The notes below the pieces were generated by a model. The model had not been told where the DNA came from. It made no database searches and saw only the letters and a list, made by a program, of their open reading frames with translations. From a virus: a stretch of DNA of 59,500 bases. Positions 18,681 to 28,664 of the stretch are shown here, in pieces (the first letter of the stretch is position 1; the number at the start of each line of letters is the position of its first letter). Where the stretch lies: the UHGV virus genome UHGV-0209830. One strand, written 5' to 3'. A program made the translations under genes and the position numbers.

Positions 18681-20342
18681 ATGAGTGAGGCAGAAGCCCG
18701 CCCGACTAACTTTATTCGTCAGATCATCGATGAAGATCTGGCAAGTGGTAAGCACACCACAGTACATACCCGTTTCCCGCCGGAACCGAATGGCTATCTG
18801 CATATTGGTCATGCGAAATCTATCTGCCTGAACTTCGGGATCGCCCAGGACTATAAAGGCCAGTGCAACCTGCGTTTCGACGACACTAACCCGGTAAAAG
18901 AAGATATCGAGTACGTCGAGTCGATTAAAAACGACGTTGAATGGTTAGGTTTTCACTGGTCTGGTAACGTCCGTTACTCCTCCGATTATTTTGATCAGCT
19001 CCACGCCTATGCTGTTGAACTGATCAACAAAGGCCTGGCGTATGTTGACGAACTGACGCCGGAACAGATCCGCGAATACCGCGGCACCCTGACGCAGCCG
19101 GGTAAAAACAGCCCGTACCGCGATCGCAGCGTTGAAGAGAACCTGGCGCTGTTCGAAAAAATGCGTGCCGGTGGTTTTGAAGAAGGTAAAGCCTGCCTGC
19201 GTGCGAAAATCGACATGGCGTCGCCGTTTATCGTGATGCGCGATCCGGTGCTGTACCGCATTAAGTTTGCTGAACACCACCAGACTGGCAACAAGTGGTG
19301 CATCTACCCGATGTACGACTTCACCCACTGCATCAGCGATGCGCTGGAAGGTATTACGCACTCTCTGTGTACGCTTGAGTTCCAGGACAACCGTCGCCTG
19401 TACGACTGGGTGCTGGACAACATCACCATTCCTGTTCACCCGCGCCAGTACGAATTCTCGCGCCTGAATCTGGAATACACTGTGATGTCCAAGCGTAAGC
19501 TGAACCTGCTGGTGACCGACAAGCACGTTGAAGGCTGGGATGACCCGCGTATGCCGACCATTTCCGGTCTGCGTCGTCGTGGTTACACTGCGGCTTCTAT
19601 TCGTGAGTTCTGCAAACGCATCGGCGTGACCAAGCAGGACAACACCATTGAGATGGCGTCGCTGGAATCCTGCATCCGTGAAGATCTCAACGAAAACGCC
19701 CCGCGCGCAATGGCGGTTATCGATCCGGTGAAACTGGTTATCGAAAACTATCAGGGCGAAGGTGAAATGGTCACCATGCCGAACCATCCGAACAAACCGG
19801 AAATGGGTAGCCGCCAGGTGCCGTTTAGCGGTGAGATTTGGATCGATCGCGCCGATTTCCGCGAAGAAGCTAACAAGCAGTACAAACGTCTGGTGCTGGG
19901 TAAAGAAGTGCGTCTGCGTAATGCTTACGTCATTAAGGCAGAACGCGTCGAGAAAGATGCCGAAGGTAATATCACCACCATCTTCTGTACTTATGACGCC
20001 GACACCTTAAGCAAAGATCCGGCTGATGGTCGTAAAGTCAAAGGTGTTATTCACTGGGTGAGCGCGGCACATGCGCTGCCGGTTGAAATCCGTTTGTATG
20101 ACCGTCTGTTCAGCGTGCCTAACCCAGGTGCTGCGGATGATTTCCTGTCGGTGATTAACCCGGAATCGCTGGTGATCAAACAGGGCTTTGCTGAACCGTC
20201 GCTGAAAGATGCGGTTGCGGGTAAAGCATTCCAGTTTGAGCGTGAAGGTTATTTCTGCCTCGACAGCCGCCATTCCACGGCGGAAAAACCGGTATTTAAC
20301 CGCACCGTTGGGCTGCGTGATACCTGGGCGAAGTTAGGTTAA
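18681..20342 (+). CDS. glnS: Glutaminyl-tRNA synthetase
   Basis: Near-identical to recalled E. coli GlnRS; HIGH motif and VMSKR present; own leader and terminator. Confidence 0.97.
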   Translation: MSEAEARPTNFIRQIIDEDLASGKHTTVHTRFPPEPNGYLHIGHAKSICLNFGIAQDYKGQCNLRFDDTNPVKEDIEYVESIKNDVEWLGFHWSGNVRYSSDYFDQLHAYAVELINKGLAYVDELTPEQIREYRGTLTQPGKNSPYRDRSVEENLALFEKMRAGGFEEGKACLRAKIDMASPFIVMRDPVLYRIKFAEHHQTGNKWCIYPMYDFTHCISDALEGITHSLCTLEFQDNRRLYDWVLDNITIPVHPRQYEFSRLNLEYTVMSKRKLNLLVTDKHVEGWDDPRMPTISGLRRRGYTAASIREFCKRIGVTKQDNTIEMASLESCIREDLNENAPRAMAVIDPVKLVIENYQGEGEMVTMPNHPNKPEMGSRQVPFSGEIWIDRADFREEANKQYKRLVLGKEVRLRNAYVIKAERVEKDAEGNITTIFCTYDADTLSKDPADGRKVKGVIHWVSAAHALPVEIRLYDRLFSVPNPGAADDFLSVINPESLVIKQGFAEPSLKDAVAGKAFQFEREGYFCLDSRHSTAEKPVFNRTVGLRDTWAKLG

Positions 20343-20365
20343 TAGGTATTTCGCCACATAAAAAA

Positions 20366-20393
20366 GTAAACGCCGCTACTGCGGCGTTTTTTA
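20366..20393. terminator. Bidirectional rho-independent terminator between glnS and dam
   Basis: aaacgccgc-tact-gcggcgttt hairpin flanked by A-run and T-run. Confidence 0.75.
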
Positions 20394-21296
20394 CTTCATT
20401 ATTGCAATTATATCGTTAGCAACTACACGTGTTGACGCCTTGCAGGAAACCGACCGTCTGGCTGCCATATGATGTACTTTAAACCCGTTTCCTTCATATA
20501 GTTCACGGATGCTTGGCGCACCACTATTTGTAATCACTACCTTAGCGCCGCGCTGGTGGGCTTCCACCAATAGAGATACCAGCCGTTTCTGTTCGTCGAA
20601 ACGGAAGCTATTTCCTGAATAACTGGTAAACCCTTCTGTATCCGGCAGCGGTTCATACGGCGGATCGCAAAAAATCACATCGCCTTCACCAGCCGCCTCG
20701 ATGACGCCAGCAAAGTCACCTGATACAAAGGACGTGTTTTTGAGTACGTCATCAGCCAAAAATGCCTCCATCTCTGCATGTGGGAAGTAGGGCGCTTTGT
20801 ATTTGCCATACCCCACGTTGAACTCGCCATTTTGGTTGTACCGCGTTACGCCATTAAAACAGTGCCGATTAAGGTACAAAAAGGCGGCAGCATGATGTAG
20901 CTGGTCATACTTTCCTCTGTTAAATGCCTCACGCACTTCGAGGTAACCGTCAGCGTTGTTGTAATTTTGGAAAAAACTATATGACAGCGTGACGAGCGAA
21001 TGTCCTTCTCGCTGCAATGTCTGATAGAAGTTAATCAGGTCACCGTTAATATCATTAAGCAGGTTGTGGCGAAATCCTGCATTCGTAAATACAGAACCGC
21101 CACCAACGAACGGTTCTATTAACCGCTTGCCGTGTGGTAGATGCTCAAGCACTGTAGGCAACTCTGAGAATTTACCGCCTACCCATTTGAAGATCGGACG
21201 CTCATATTCATCCGGAGTCCGAATGGTGCGCATATAGCTAATTTCAGCCATCGTATCCTGTTTTTCTATGGCTATGCTTGCTATAGATTTACTCAT
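20391..21296 (-). CDS. dam: DNA adenine (N6) methyltransferase, Dam family
   Basis: KWVGGK, FVGGGSVF and DPPY motifs; track ORF 20391..21392 trimmed to MSKS start just after the upstream stop. Confidence 0.9.
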   Translation of the reverse strand: MSKSIASIAIEKQDTMAEISYMRTIRTPDEYERPIFKWVGGKFSELPTVLEHLPHGKRLIEPFVGGGSVFTNAGFRHNLLNDINGDLINFYQTLQREGHSLVTLSYSFFQNYNNADGYLEVREAFNRGKYDQLHHAAAFLYLNRHCFNGVTRYNQNGEFNVGYGKYKAPYFPHAEMEAFLADDVLKNTSFVSGDFAGVIEAAGEGDVIFCDPPYEPLPDTEGFTSYSGNSFRFDEQKRLVSLLVEAHQRGAKVVITNSGAPSIRELYEGNGFKVHHMAARRSVSCKASTRVVANDIIAIMK

Positions 21297-21969
21297 AGAG
21301 CACCCCCTTATTCGCTTCGAAAACTGCCTTTGCGAATCCATGTGGAGTAGCACTTCGAAAATTAGCCCTGTCAGGCCCTGGTGGCGCGGCATGGATTCTG
21401 TTATCTGGCTTGCCTAATGATTCGTCCATTAGGGCATCAGGCATGACAAAGCCCTGGCCGCTCCAGAGGCATGTTTTTTTGGTGTAGTTATCTTCCTGAC
21501 AATATGCAGTGAAGAAGTAAGGGTGAAAGATGTGATCTGGCTTACGCCAGAATGTCGATATTTTGCTGACCGGATTTTCAATCATGTACGGACAACCGAT
21601 CATCTTTGCAATGTCATAACACTGCCAGACAACCTGCATTGCTTTGAACTGGAAAACCGGATCTTTATTAGCCTTGTCCGAAAACCAGCGCGCGCCGGAA
21701 ACAGCCAGGTCAGTACACGGTGGGAACCCGGCCAGAAACACGATGCGCTGCAAATTCTTACGGAGAAAAGCGTATACTTCATCGCTATCGATGATCGCAC
21801 TAATACGCGTCAGAACGGCACCTGATTGCATCCGCTCGTCACTGGTCGATAAGTGCTGTGGATCGACGATAGCGGCATCGACACCGTATTCCAGCCAGGG
21901 GGCAACCATTGCCCCCGTAAAATCACACAGACTCACAACAAGCGGTCGGTTATTATCGTTCTGCTTCAC
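21289..21969 (-). CDS. Cytosine-C5 methyltransferase-like protein
   Basis: GFPPC motif (C5-MTase motif IV-like); track start overlaps rdgC and is probably over-extended; start uncertain. Confidence 0.55.
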   Translation of the reverse strand: MKQNDNNRPLVVSLCDFTGAMVAPWLEYGVDAAIVDPQHLSTSDERMQSGAVLTRISAIIDSDEVYAFLRKNLQRIVFLAGFPPCTDLAVSGARWFSDKANKDPVFQFKAMQVVWQCYDIAKMIGCPYMIENPVSKISTFWRKPDHIFHPYFFTAYCQEDNYTKKTCLWSGQGFVMPDALMDESLGKPDNRIHAAPPGPDRANFRSATPHGFAKAVFEANKGVLYE

Positions 21970-22858
21970 CGCCAATAGCCTCCACCAGCGCGTTAAACAG
22001 TGCAGATAATTCGCCCGTAAAGAGCACGAAATCAGCATCAAATCGTTGTGCTACATCCTCCCGGTCGATATCGTCGTTCTGGTCATAGAGATCATCACAG
22101 AATGTCAGGGCTTTGATACTCATATCATCGTTGACTCTGAACGACGCGCGGTCCATCCAGTTAATTGCAACGGTCGTAGCTACTTTCCCCGCCTCAATGT
22201 GAGACATAATCTCGTCGGACTGTAGATCAACTTTGTTGCAGCGAACGGCACCACCATTATCGAGCAGACCCTTTAATGTGGCGTCTTCACCTGCTGTAAA
22301 TCCGGCAGGGAAGCTTTTTTTAAACCACTCGGTCATTGTAATTTCCAGCGGTTCGCGTGGTGTGAATGGAATGACAGGCAGGCTACCGAGCGATTTTCGC
22401 AATAAAGCCAGCTGGTCCTCTGCCTTTTTGGCGCTGCTTGCCTCAACGAATACCAGATGGTTGCTGCGGTCGATCAGGATTTTTGCGAGTGATTTTCTCG
22501 TGAAAGCACGAGGAAGAAGAGAGTGAAGCACTTCATCCTTCAGCGAATCTTTTTCGGTCTTCTTCAGCTTTCTGTCTTGCTCTTCTTCAAGTTTCAGGAT
22601 TTTTTTCTGTAACTCTTCTTTGAGTACTTGAGAAGGCAGGATTTTTTCCTCTCGTTTATGCTGCATCAGAAGAAAACCCTGGTATTCATGGGTGAGGTTG
22701 TCGCCAAGAATTGGGGTCCAACCAGCTTTAGCCATATCCTGAGAACCGCATGGGGTAAACACAAACTTGCTAAGGGCTGCATTTACTACTGCGGTATCCC
22801 AGTTAACTTCGCGTGAAAGACGATAGATGAAGATATTTTTGAAAGCGACTGATCTCAT
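21953..22858 (-). CDS. rdgC: Recombination-associated protein RdgC
   Basis: YRLSRE, FTPCGSQDMAK, KKTEKDSLKDEVLHSLLPRAF, SAKKAEDQLALLRKSLGSLPV match recalled E. coli RdgC. Confidence 0.9.
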   Translation of the reverse strand: MRSVAFKNIFIYRLSREVNWDTAVVNAALSKFVFTPCGSQDMAKAGWTPILGDNLTHEYQGFLLMQHKREEKILPSQVLKEELQKKILKLEEEQDRKLKKTEKDSLKDEVLHSLLPRAFTRKSLAKILIDRSNHLVFVEASSAKKAEDQLALLRKSLGSLPVIPFTPREPLEITMTEWFKKSFPAGFTAGEDATLKGLLDNGGAVRCNKVDLQSDEIMSHIEAGKVATTVAINWMDRASFRVNDDMSIKALTFCDDLYDQNDDIDREDVAQRFDADFVLFTGELSALFNALVEAIGGEAER

Positions 22859-22868
22859 TTCTCACCAT

Positions 22869-22904
22869 TTGTGTTAGAAAATACGCGTTAATTATCTAAC
22901 ACAA
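22869..22904. promoter_or_regulatory. Palindromic operator-like site (tgtgttagaaaat-N-attatctaacaca) upstream of rdgC operon
   Basis: Inverted pair of the dispersed motif. Confidence 0.5.
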
Positions 22905-22917
22905 ATGGGTGCATTTT

Positions 22918-23571
22918 CTATCCTTTCTTGAAATCGAAGTTGCCAGCAGTGGCCTGAAAGGTTCCCCCTGCCTTGAAAGCTATGTCCCCGTTAGCGGTGA
23001 CAGCAATATTTTCCCCATTAACATTGATGTTGTTGGCTGATTTGACGTTAACACTCCCTCCTGCATTCACGATTACATCAGCCGGACCAATGATATATAT
23101 CTGCCCGGACTCATTCATGCCAATCCTTGAGCCTGCTGCCGTATTGGCAATTTCATAGCCGCCACCAGCAGTTCGTACTTCAAGAATATTGTTGCGGTGA
23201 ATAACGAAGTCTTTCGTTGCTGAGATTTGGGGGCGGGGAGGTGCTCCATCTACTTCCGGCGGCGTCCAGCCGCTACCATTGCCTGATGCCTCCGGCGCGA
23301 CGTTTGGAACTCCGCCAGGCGCATCCTGAGCCGCGCCAACTATCATTGGGCGTCTGGTGTCTATTCGACCGTTAACATCTAAATAAGGAAACTCTACCCA
23401 GACCAGGTCACCTTTGACTGTAGGTACAAAAGCGTTCCCGATGGGTAACAGGTATTCCGCCCAGGGTAGATCGTCATCAGGAACGCCATTCCAGTCAGGT
23501 AAAACACGGACTTGAGCACGCATAAGCCCTGCCGGGTGCACAGTTCCAACAATTTGCGCTCTACGCTTCAT
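22918..23571 (-). CDS. Baseplate central spike protein (gpV-like)
   Basis: N-terminal pattern VGTVHP..RAQVRV...P...LPWA.....G.....F.P.VGDLVWVEF typical of baseplate assembly protein V; Gly-rich C-terminal repeats. Confidence 0.65.
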   Translation of the reverse strand: MKRRAQIVGTVHPAGLMRAQVRVLPDWNGVPDDDLPWAEYLLPIGNAFVPTVKGDLVWVEFPYLDVNGRIDTRRPMIVGAAQDAPGGVPNVAPEASGNGSGWTPPEVDGAPPRPQISATKDFVIHRNNILEVRTAGGGYEIANTAAGSRIGMNESGQIYIIGPADVIVNAGGSVNVKSANNINVNGENIAVTANGDIAFKAGGTFQATAGNFDFKKG

Positions 23572-24548
23572 TTATTCGGCACTCCCAATATCATTCGTGT
23601 TGTGTAGCCTACGCGGTCCTCAAAGTGCGCAACATTTTTTACTATCAGCTTACGGGGCATTGATTCATCAATGCGGTTTTCCTGGTCATAGCGGTATACG
23701 ATAATCTCTATTACCATCCCCGGTTTTATATCAGGATTGCCTGCGACTTCTATATCCATTTTGGGGACGAGAGACAGCTGCATATTGCGAAGAGTTTCCA
23801 TATCAGAGTCGGATATATAACGCACTGGGAGTGAGCTATCGCCATATTCGACGTAGCCATCGGTCATGGAATACCCAACAAAACGATATTGATTCTTTGC
23901 TGTTGTCGCATGTTCCTGTTGGAGTAGGCGCATTTTGGACAAAGTGTATTCTGCTTTAGGGTTATTCCCCTCGTAGGTAAATGATGGCGTTTGCTTCATC
24001 AGATCAGCCAGGGTGTAAAAGTTAAATTCCCCCCGACATACCCAACACAATGCACCTTTGTCTCGCGCTATCTCCGAAAGCATTTTTGACGGTTTGTCAC
24101 CAGCATTCAGATGATATGTAACTGCGCGTTTTAGCACGCTGCTGGTAATTTTAAGTTTGCCGGAATATGCCTTGAATATAGCGTCTGGTGTTTTGTTGGT
24201 ATGTAAATTTGTGCGCGGGGAGGGGATCTTAAACCTGCGCACGTCTTCACTGACAGCAATAACGGTAACAACATCACCAGCCAGCATTGCAGACGTAACA
24301 AAGAAATCTGTTTTAAAAGTGCCAGCATTACCGTTTGGATCGCCCATTTCAGCCACCAGCGATGCACCGTATTTGGCTTTCCAGTCATCAATTACGGTGC
24401 CGGTAGCGTCATGAATTTCCAGTTTTAGCAAAGGGGCTTTGAGGCAGGTTTTTTCTACATATACTGCGGTAAAAATCCAGTCTCGTGGCACTTTGTTATC
24501 GTTAATGAGCACTGACTGTAGAAAATATTGTTGTAACTCCTGGGCCAC
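23568..24548 (-). CDS. Hypothetical baseplate-associated protein (326 aa)
   Basis: ORF track; overlaps neighbours by 4 bp in a baseplate operon. Confidence 0.5.
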   Translation of the reverse strand: MAQELQQYFLQSVLINDNKVPRDWIFTAVYVEKTCLKAPLLKLEIHDATGTVIDDWKAKYGASLVAEMGDPNGNAGTFKTDFFVTSAMLAGDVVTVIAVSEDVRRFKIPSPRTNLHTNKTPDAIFKAYSGKLKITSSVLKRAVTYHLNAGDKPSKMLSEIARDKGALCWVCRGEFNFYTLADLMKQTPSFTYEGNNPKAEYTLSKMRLLQQEHATTAKNQYRFVGYSMTDGYVEYGDSSLPVRYISDSDMETLRNMQLSLVPKMDIEVAGNPDIKPGMVIEIIVYRYDQENRIDESMPRKLIVKNVAHFEDRVGYTTRMILGVPNK

Positions 24549-24551
24549 TTA

Positions 24552-25319
24552 TCACCCCATAGATATCGAGGTTTCGGTAATAATACGTTTTGCGTCCAAC
24601 TCCCATGCTGTGATCACGTCTGCAATCACACTTATCGGCGCTTGTGTGGCATAAATACGCTCTTCTCCAATTGGTGCTGAAACATCCGTAAAGCCGACTT
24701 CTTTGGCATCCTGTATCGAGCAAATCAGCGGGACCGGGACACGAACAAGGTGAGTGGTTGCTTCAAATTGTGTACCTGTCATCAGGCGAAGCCGTGCGCC
24801 CAGCGAATTACACATCAGACTCATGGTCGCTTTATCAGTTGCCATTAACGTAACGTCATACGTCAGAATGGCCTGGGTGTATTCCAGTTCTGCTAAAGGC
24901 GTTCCGCTATCTGGTTCGCAAAAACTGGCTACTTTTTTGCGGTCAATCTGCTGATCATCGTTGATATAATTGATATCCATAGTGCGTGAGATATTGACCA
25001 GGGGGAGAGCATCCCGGTTAATGTTCTGGTTTTCAGGTTTTCTCCCTTGCCCGGCATTTGCGCGACGAACTGCTTTAAGAAACTCGATCGCATTGTCGAA
25101 ACGGGCCATATAGACACGCTCTGCTGGTGGACGATTCAGGAATGACGCAAAGCGTTTTTCTTCCGGCGCGGGGGCCACCAGTAAGATATCAGAAAAAATG
25201 TTGCTGATTAGCGTCGCAAACGCGTTATCCACGTTTTCAAAACCCGTGGTCTGGAATTTTCCTGTGCGTAAGGTTTGCCATTCACCGGTTCGCGCCAGGA
25301 GGGTTTTATTTGAAGTCAT
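24552..25319 (-). CDS. Hypothetical baseplate-associated protein (255 aa)
   Basis: ORF track; operon context. Confidence 0.5.
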   Translation of the reverse strand: MTSNKTLLARTGEWQTLRTGKFQTTGFENVDNAFATLISNIFSDILLVAPAPEEKRFASFLNRPPAERVYMARFDNAIEFLKAVRRANAGQGRKPENQNINRDALPLVNISRTMDINYINDDQQIDRKKVASFCEPDSGTPLAELEYTQAILTYDVTLMATDKATMSLMCNSLGARLRLMTGTQFEATTHLVRVPVPLICSIQDAKEVGFTDVSAPIGEERIYATQAPISVIADVITAWELDAKRIITETSISMG

Positions 25320-26149
25320 TCGATCACCCCGTTTTGAGTCGTATCAAAATTCCTGGCAGGTATGCAGTAGTAAAGCGAACCAACATGCTGTGTGCCGTAG
25401 CTAAAAATACGGTGCACGTACCACCAGCGGCGGGCTACGCCGTTTACCATCTCTTCATTCCATTCAAGAATTGAGCCGACGGGGACGTTATTTGCTGCAA
25501 TACGCAGAATCAGAACATCATCGGTTAAGCCATCCTGCTCACCGTCTGCGTCAATTGCATGGAAAGAGTCACGCCCGTCAGGGTTATCCAGCACATAAAC
25601 GATTTCAGGTTCCTGGTAAGTCAGTTCGCGTTGGTTGTTATCCAGTTCAGTGAATGACTCTTCTCCTGTTTCGTCGCTGACTACCCCATATGTGCCAACA
25701 TCTGGTCGATATAAGAGAGCCTGAAACGCGTCTGGGCTGGATTCAATAATCAGCATCCAGTCTGCGCGGATTTGGTCATTAAAGGCTTTATGCCCGTTAT
25801 AGCGTGCTTTTAACTGTGGAGTCGGTTCTCTGCCAGCCAGGGAAGGTGGAAGTATGGCTATATCTGATTCGCCAGCGTCCGGAGTAAGGCCACCGTTGCT
25901 ATCAGCAAAATTATCATGGCTATCAGCTTCGGCGGTGGATTGCTCTTCCAGAATGCTGAATGAATCCGGTCCGGCATTGCCATGTTCCGGCGCGCTTCCT
26001 GCATCCGCTTCAACCGTCGCTGGCGTTTCTCTCTGCGTGCTGTCATGTTCTGACTCCTTACTTGCCAGGTTTGCATCGTCAGCAAACCATTCGTCAAAAC
26101 GGCCCATAAGCATCCTCAAAGGTCGATTTATCAGGTATCGAGGGTGCAT
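25316..26149 (-). CDS. Hypothetical baseplate-associated protein (277 aa, start uncertain)
   Basis: ORF track; operon context. Confidence 0.45.
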   Translation of the reverse strand: MHPRYLINRPLRMLMGRFDEWFADDANLASKESEHDSTQRETPATVEADAGSAPEHGNAGPDSFSILEEQSTAEADSHDNFADSNGGLTPDAGESDIAILPPSLAGREPTPQLKARYNGHKAFNDQIRADWMLIIESSPDAFQALLYRPDVGTYGVVSDETGEESFTELDNNQRELTYQEPEIVYVLDNPDGRDSFHAIDADGEQDGLTDDVLILRIAANNVPVGSILEWNEEMVNGVARRWWYVHRIFSYGTQHVGSLYYCIPARNFDTTQNGVIE

Positions 26150-26252
26150 TATCTGGAGATTGTGATTTCAATTCATATCCCAGCATGGGACTAAAGTGCT
26201 TTACATTGTCCCATATTGGGACTACTCTGCTTACAGAGAAAAGGAATCTGTG

Positions 26253-26555
26253 ATGAAAATAATTTCGATAAAAACACTAAGGGATTTCTGGGCGAAGAAT
26301 CCCGATGCAGAACAGCCATTAAAGGCATGGGTTGATGAAGCAACAAAGGCTGACTGGAAAAATCCGGCTGAAATCAAAGAACAGTACCGGACAGCCAGCA
26401 TCCTTAAAAACAGGCGCGTGGTGTTCAATATTAAGGGAAATGATTACAGGTTAATTGTCGCAATTGCTTATCAGCGAGGATGGATGTTCGTTAAGTTTAT
26501 TGGAACACATAAGGAATACGATGCCATTGAAGCGGATACAATAGAACTGGAGTAA
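26253..26555 (+). CDS. higB: HigB-family mRNA interferase toxin
   Basis: VFNIKGNDYRLIVAI...FIGTHKEYDAI matches recalled HigB pattern; ATG at 26253 with RBS aaggaa. Confidence 0.8.
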   Translation: MKIISIKTLRDFWAKNPDAEQPLKAWVDEATKADWKNPAEIKEQYRTASILKNRRVVFNIKGNDYRLIVAIAYQRGWMFVKFIGTHKEYDAIEADTIELE

Positions 26556-26558
26556 ATC

Positions 26559-26918
26559 ATGAACATTAAACCTATCCGTACAGAACAAGATTATGAGGCC
26601 GCACTGCGTGCGGTCGAACCGATGTTCGATAACGAACCGGAAATGAACACACCGGAAGGCGATTTCTTTGAAATAATGTGCCTGCTCATTGAAGAGTACG
26701 AGAAAAAGCATTACCCAATTGAGCCACCATCACCTATTGAAGCCATTAAATTCCGTATGGAACAGCAAGGGCTGACCGTGAAGGATCTGGAACCGGCGAT
26801 TGGTAAGTCAAATCGTGTTTACGAAGTGCTAAATGGGACACGAAATTTAACGTTACCTATGATTCGTCGTTTACATTCCCAGTTTGGCATTCCTCTTGAA
26901 AGCCTGGTTGGTGTATGA
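26559..26918 (+). CDS. higA: HigA antitoxin (HTH, XRE-like)
   Basis: Immediately downstream of higB; C-terminal HTH segment. Confidence 0.75.
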   Translation: MNIKPIRTEQDYEAALRAVEPMFDNEPEMNTPEGDFFEIMCLLIEEYEKKHYPIEPPSPIEAIKFRMEQQGLTVKDLEPAIGKSNRVYEVLNGTRNLTLPMIRRLHSQFGIPLESLVGV

Positions 26919-26952
26919 GTTTGGCGGTCTGTATGACCGCCTTTGTTGTCAA

Positions 26953-28149
26953 TCAAGAACCTTTCTTCACGTACTCCATAAACATTTTTTCAGCTTGCTC
27001 AGGTGACGTTCCTGCCATGACCAGTGCATCAATGAACGCCTGCTTCTTCAGTGCGAACTGATCGGCAAGGCGTTGCTGAAGTTCCTTATTTTTCTGTTTC
27101 TCACGTTGCAAGGCCGCTTCTTTTGCAGCCGCCCGTTTTTTCTGTGCGTCTGACAACTTTCTGGCCCTGGTCAGCTGGTCACGTAGCTTGTCAATCTTCC
27201 CGTTGTCCTTTGCCAGTTTTGTACTTAAAGCGGCCTGGCGCTTCTGATAGAGCCTCCATTCGCGTTTGGCGGCTTCAACGTTCGTTTTACTGCTACGATT
27301 GCGATTAAACTCCTTCTCGTCTTCTTTTGAGAAGTGTTTAGTTGTACGGCGGCGATCGTCACCAAATGCAATTTGCGTTGCAGCCTTTTGTAGCGCACGA
27401 GCAATACTCATTTGCCAACTGGCGGACTGTAACCGCGTCATTGAGTGGATCACGTGTTTACAGGCGACGCCTTGCAGCTTCGGGTTGCGAACTTTTGGAT
27501 AGGCGTATTCTTTTGGCGGTGCCAGGGCAAAGTTACCCGCAGTGGCGATGTAACGATACCAGTATTGATGACGACCACAGTCACAATCGAAAGACACTCG
27601 CCCGGCGCACAGTGATTTAGTGATTTTGAGAGCTGATTTATCGTCTTCTGCGATGTCATCAACCATCTGATCCCATTCTTCAAAGCGTATCCGGACGATA
27701 TGGTGCTGGTGGACGGATATATCCGATGCTTCTACGCGGATATTAATCACATTGTGGCGAAGAGATACGGGGGTAGCTCTTTTGATACCAGATCCGTCAT
27801 CCACGGCGTTATTTGCACGCTTAATATCGATTGCCTGGCTGGATGCCACCAGCTGGGCGTATGTGATGCCAGCCGTCTTGCTGTCATATTTTTCGCGCGT
27901 TTTACTCCGTAGCTTTTCGAAACCTTTCAGGTCGTCTCGCGTGAAGAACGTGCCGCCTTTTTTCTTCCCTAACTTGAGAATATCTTCGGCGGATTTGTTC
28001 CTCAGTCTACCTGGCGTCAGCGTCCGGTGAGCTTGTCGGCGCTTACGGGTTTGTTCTTTCCTGATAATCTCGAATAAACGCGTGAAGTCCTTAGAGGACA
28101 GGCCGTCAGTGATATAGCGCCCGTCCTGTTTTTTCAGGAAATCAGGCAT
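26953..28149 (-). CDS. SWIM-type zinc-finger protein with coiled-coil C-terminus (398 aa)
   Basis: CDCGRHQYW...(32)...CKH pattern; KR/Q-rich coiled coil; function unknown. Confidence 0.5.
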   Translation of the reverse strand: MPDFLKKQDGRYITDGLSSKDFTRLFEIIRKEQTRKRRQAHRTLTPGRLRNKSAEDILKLGKKKGGTFFTRDDLKGFEKLRSKTREKYDSKTAGITYAQLVASSQAIDIKRANNAVDDGSGIKRATPVSLRHNVINIRVEASDISVHQHHIVRIRFEEWDQMVDDIAEDDKSALKITKSLCAGRVSFDCDCGRHQYWYRYIATAGNFALAPPKEYAYPKVRNPKLQGVACKHVIHSMTRLQSASWQMSIARALQKAATQIAFGDDRRRTTKHFSKEDEKEFNRNRSSKTNVEAAKREWRLYQKRQAALSTKLAKDNGKIDKLRDQLTRARKLSDAQKKRAAAKEAALQREKQKNKELQQRLADQFALKKQAFIDALVMAGTSPEQAEKMFMEYVKKGS

Positions 28150-28471
28150 TTTCTATCTCCGGTTCCGCGCTCGCGTAATCACGGATCTTGTTCCTCAGCC
28201 ATGCCACATCAGGAAGAGTTAACGTGGTCCCGGCGGGCATTTCTTCCATTTCTGACTCATGGCCCACCAGCACCCGGAATACCCAGCGCAAATCTGCATT
28301 GCCATACGCCCTGTAGGCTGCAAGGTCTGAACGATATACTTCATCAATCTTTATCGTGTACTGGAAATTATCAGAGTGATACTCCGATACCCGCTTAATC
28401 ATTTCCTGGTGAAACAGCGCACGAAAAATATCGTCTTCAATGTACCTATCGTCGAGTCTGCTATAGCCCAT
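28142..28471 (-). CDS. Hypothetical protein (109 aa)
   Basis: ORF track; start overlaps stop of next gene. Confidence 0.45.
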   Translation of the reverse strand: MGYSRLDDRYIEDDIFRALFHQEMIKRVSEYHSDNFQYTIKIDEVYRSDLAAYRAYGNADLRWVFRVLVGHESEMEEMPAGTTLTLPDVAWLRNKIRDYASAEPEIENA

Positions 28472-28664
28472 AACAAAGCCTCTCAGTCATAACCTGGGGG
28501 AAACTGTATGCAGGGTGTGAAATGCGAGAAACAGACAGGCCACCAGTTCAGGGGGATGTGGTTCATAAATCCCCTCACTGGTGACAAGTGACTTTCATTA
28601 ATCTTTATGCGGGGGCCAGCTTCATTTGCTGGCATTAGATTAAAAATTAAACGGAGTGAATGAC

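Noticed and set aside
18945-19787. 280-aa antisense ORF inside glnS, plus other long ORFs antisense to the head gene (11102..11797) and other confirmed genes
   Set aside because: They lie opposite confidently assigned genes and have low-complexity R/H/V-rich composition typical of antisense reading of GC-rich coding DNA.
20391-21392. Dam ORF as listed, overlapping the dcm-like ORF by about 100 bp, as evidence of a frameshifted fused Dmt pseudogene
   Set aside because: The overlap disappears when Dam starts at the internal MSKS Met just after the dcm-like stop; two intact adjacent genes is the simpler reading.
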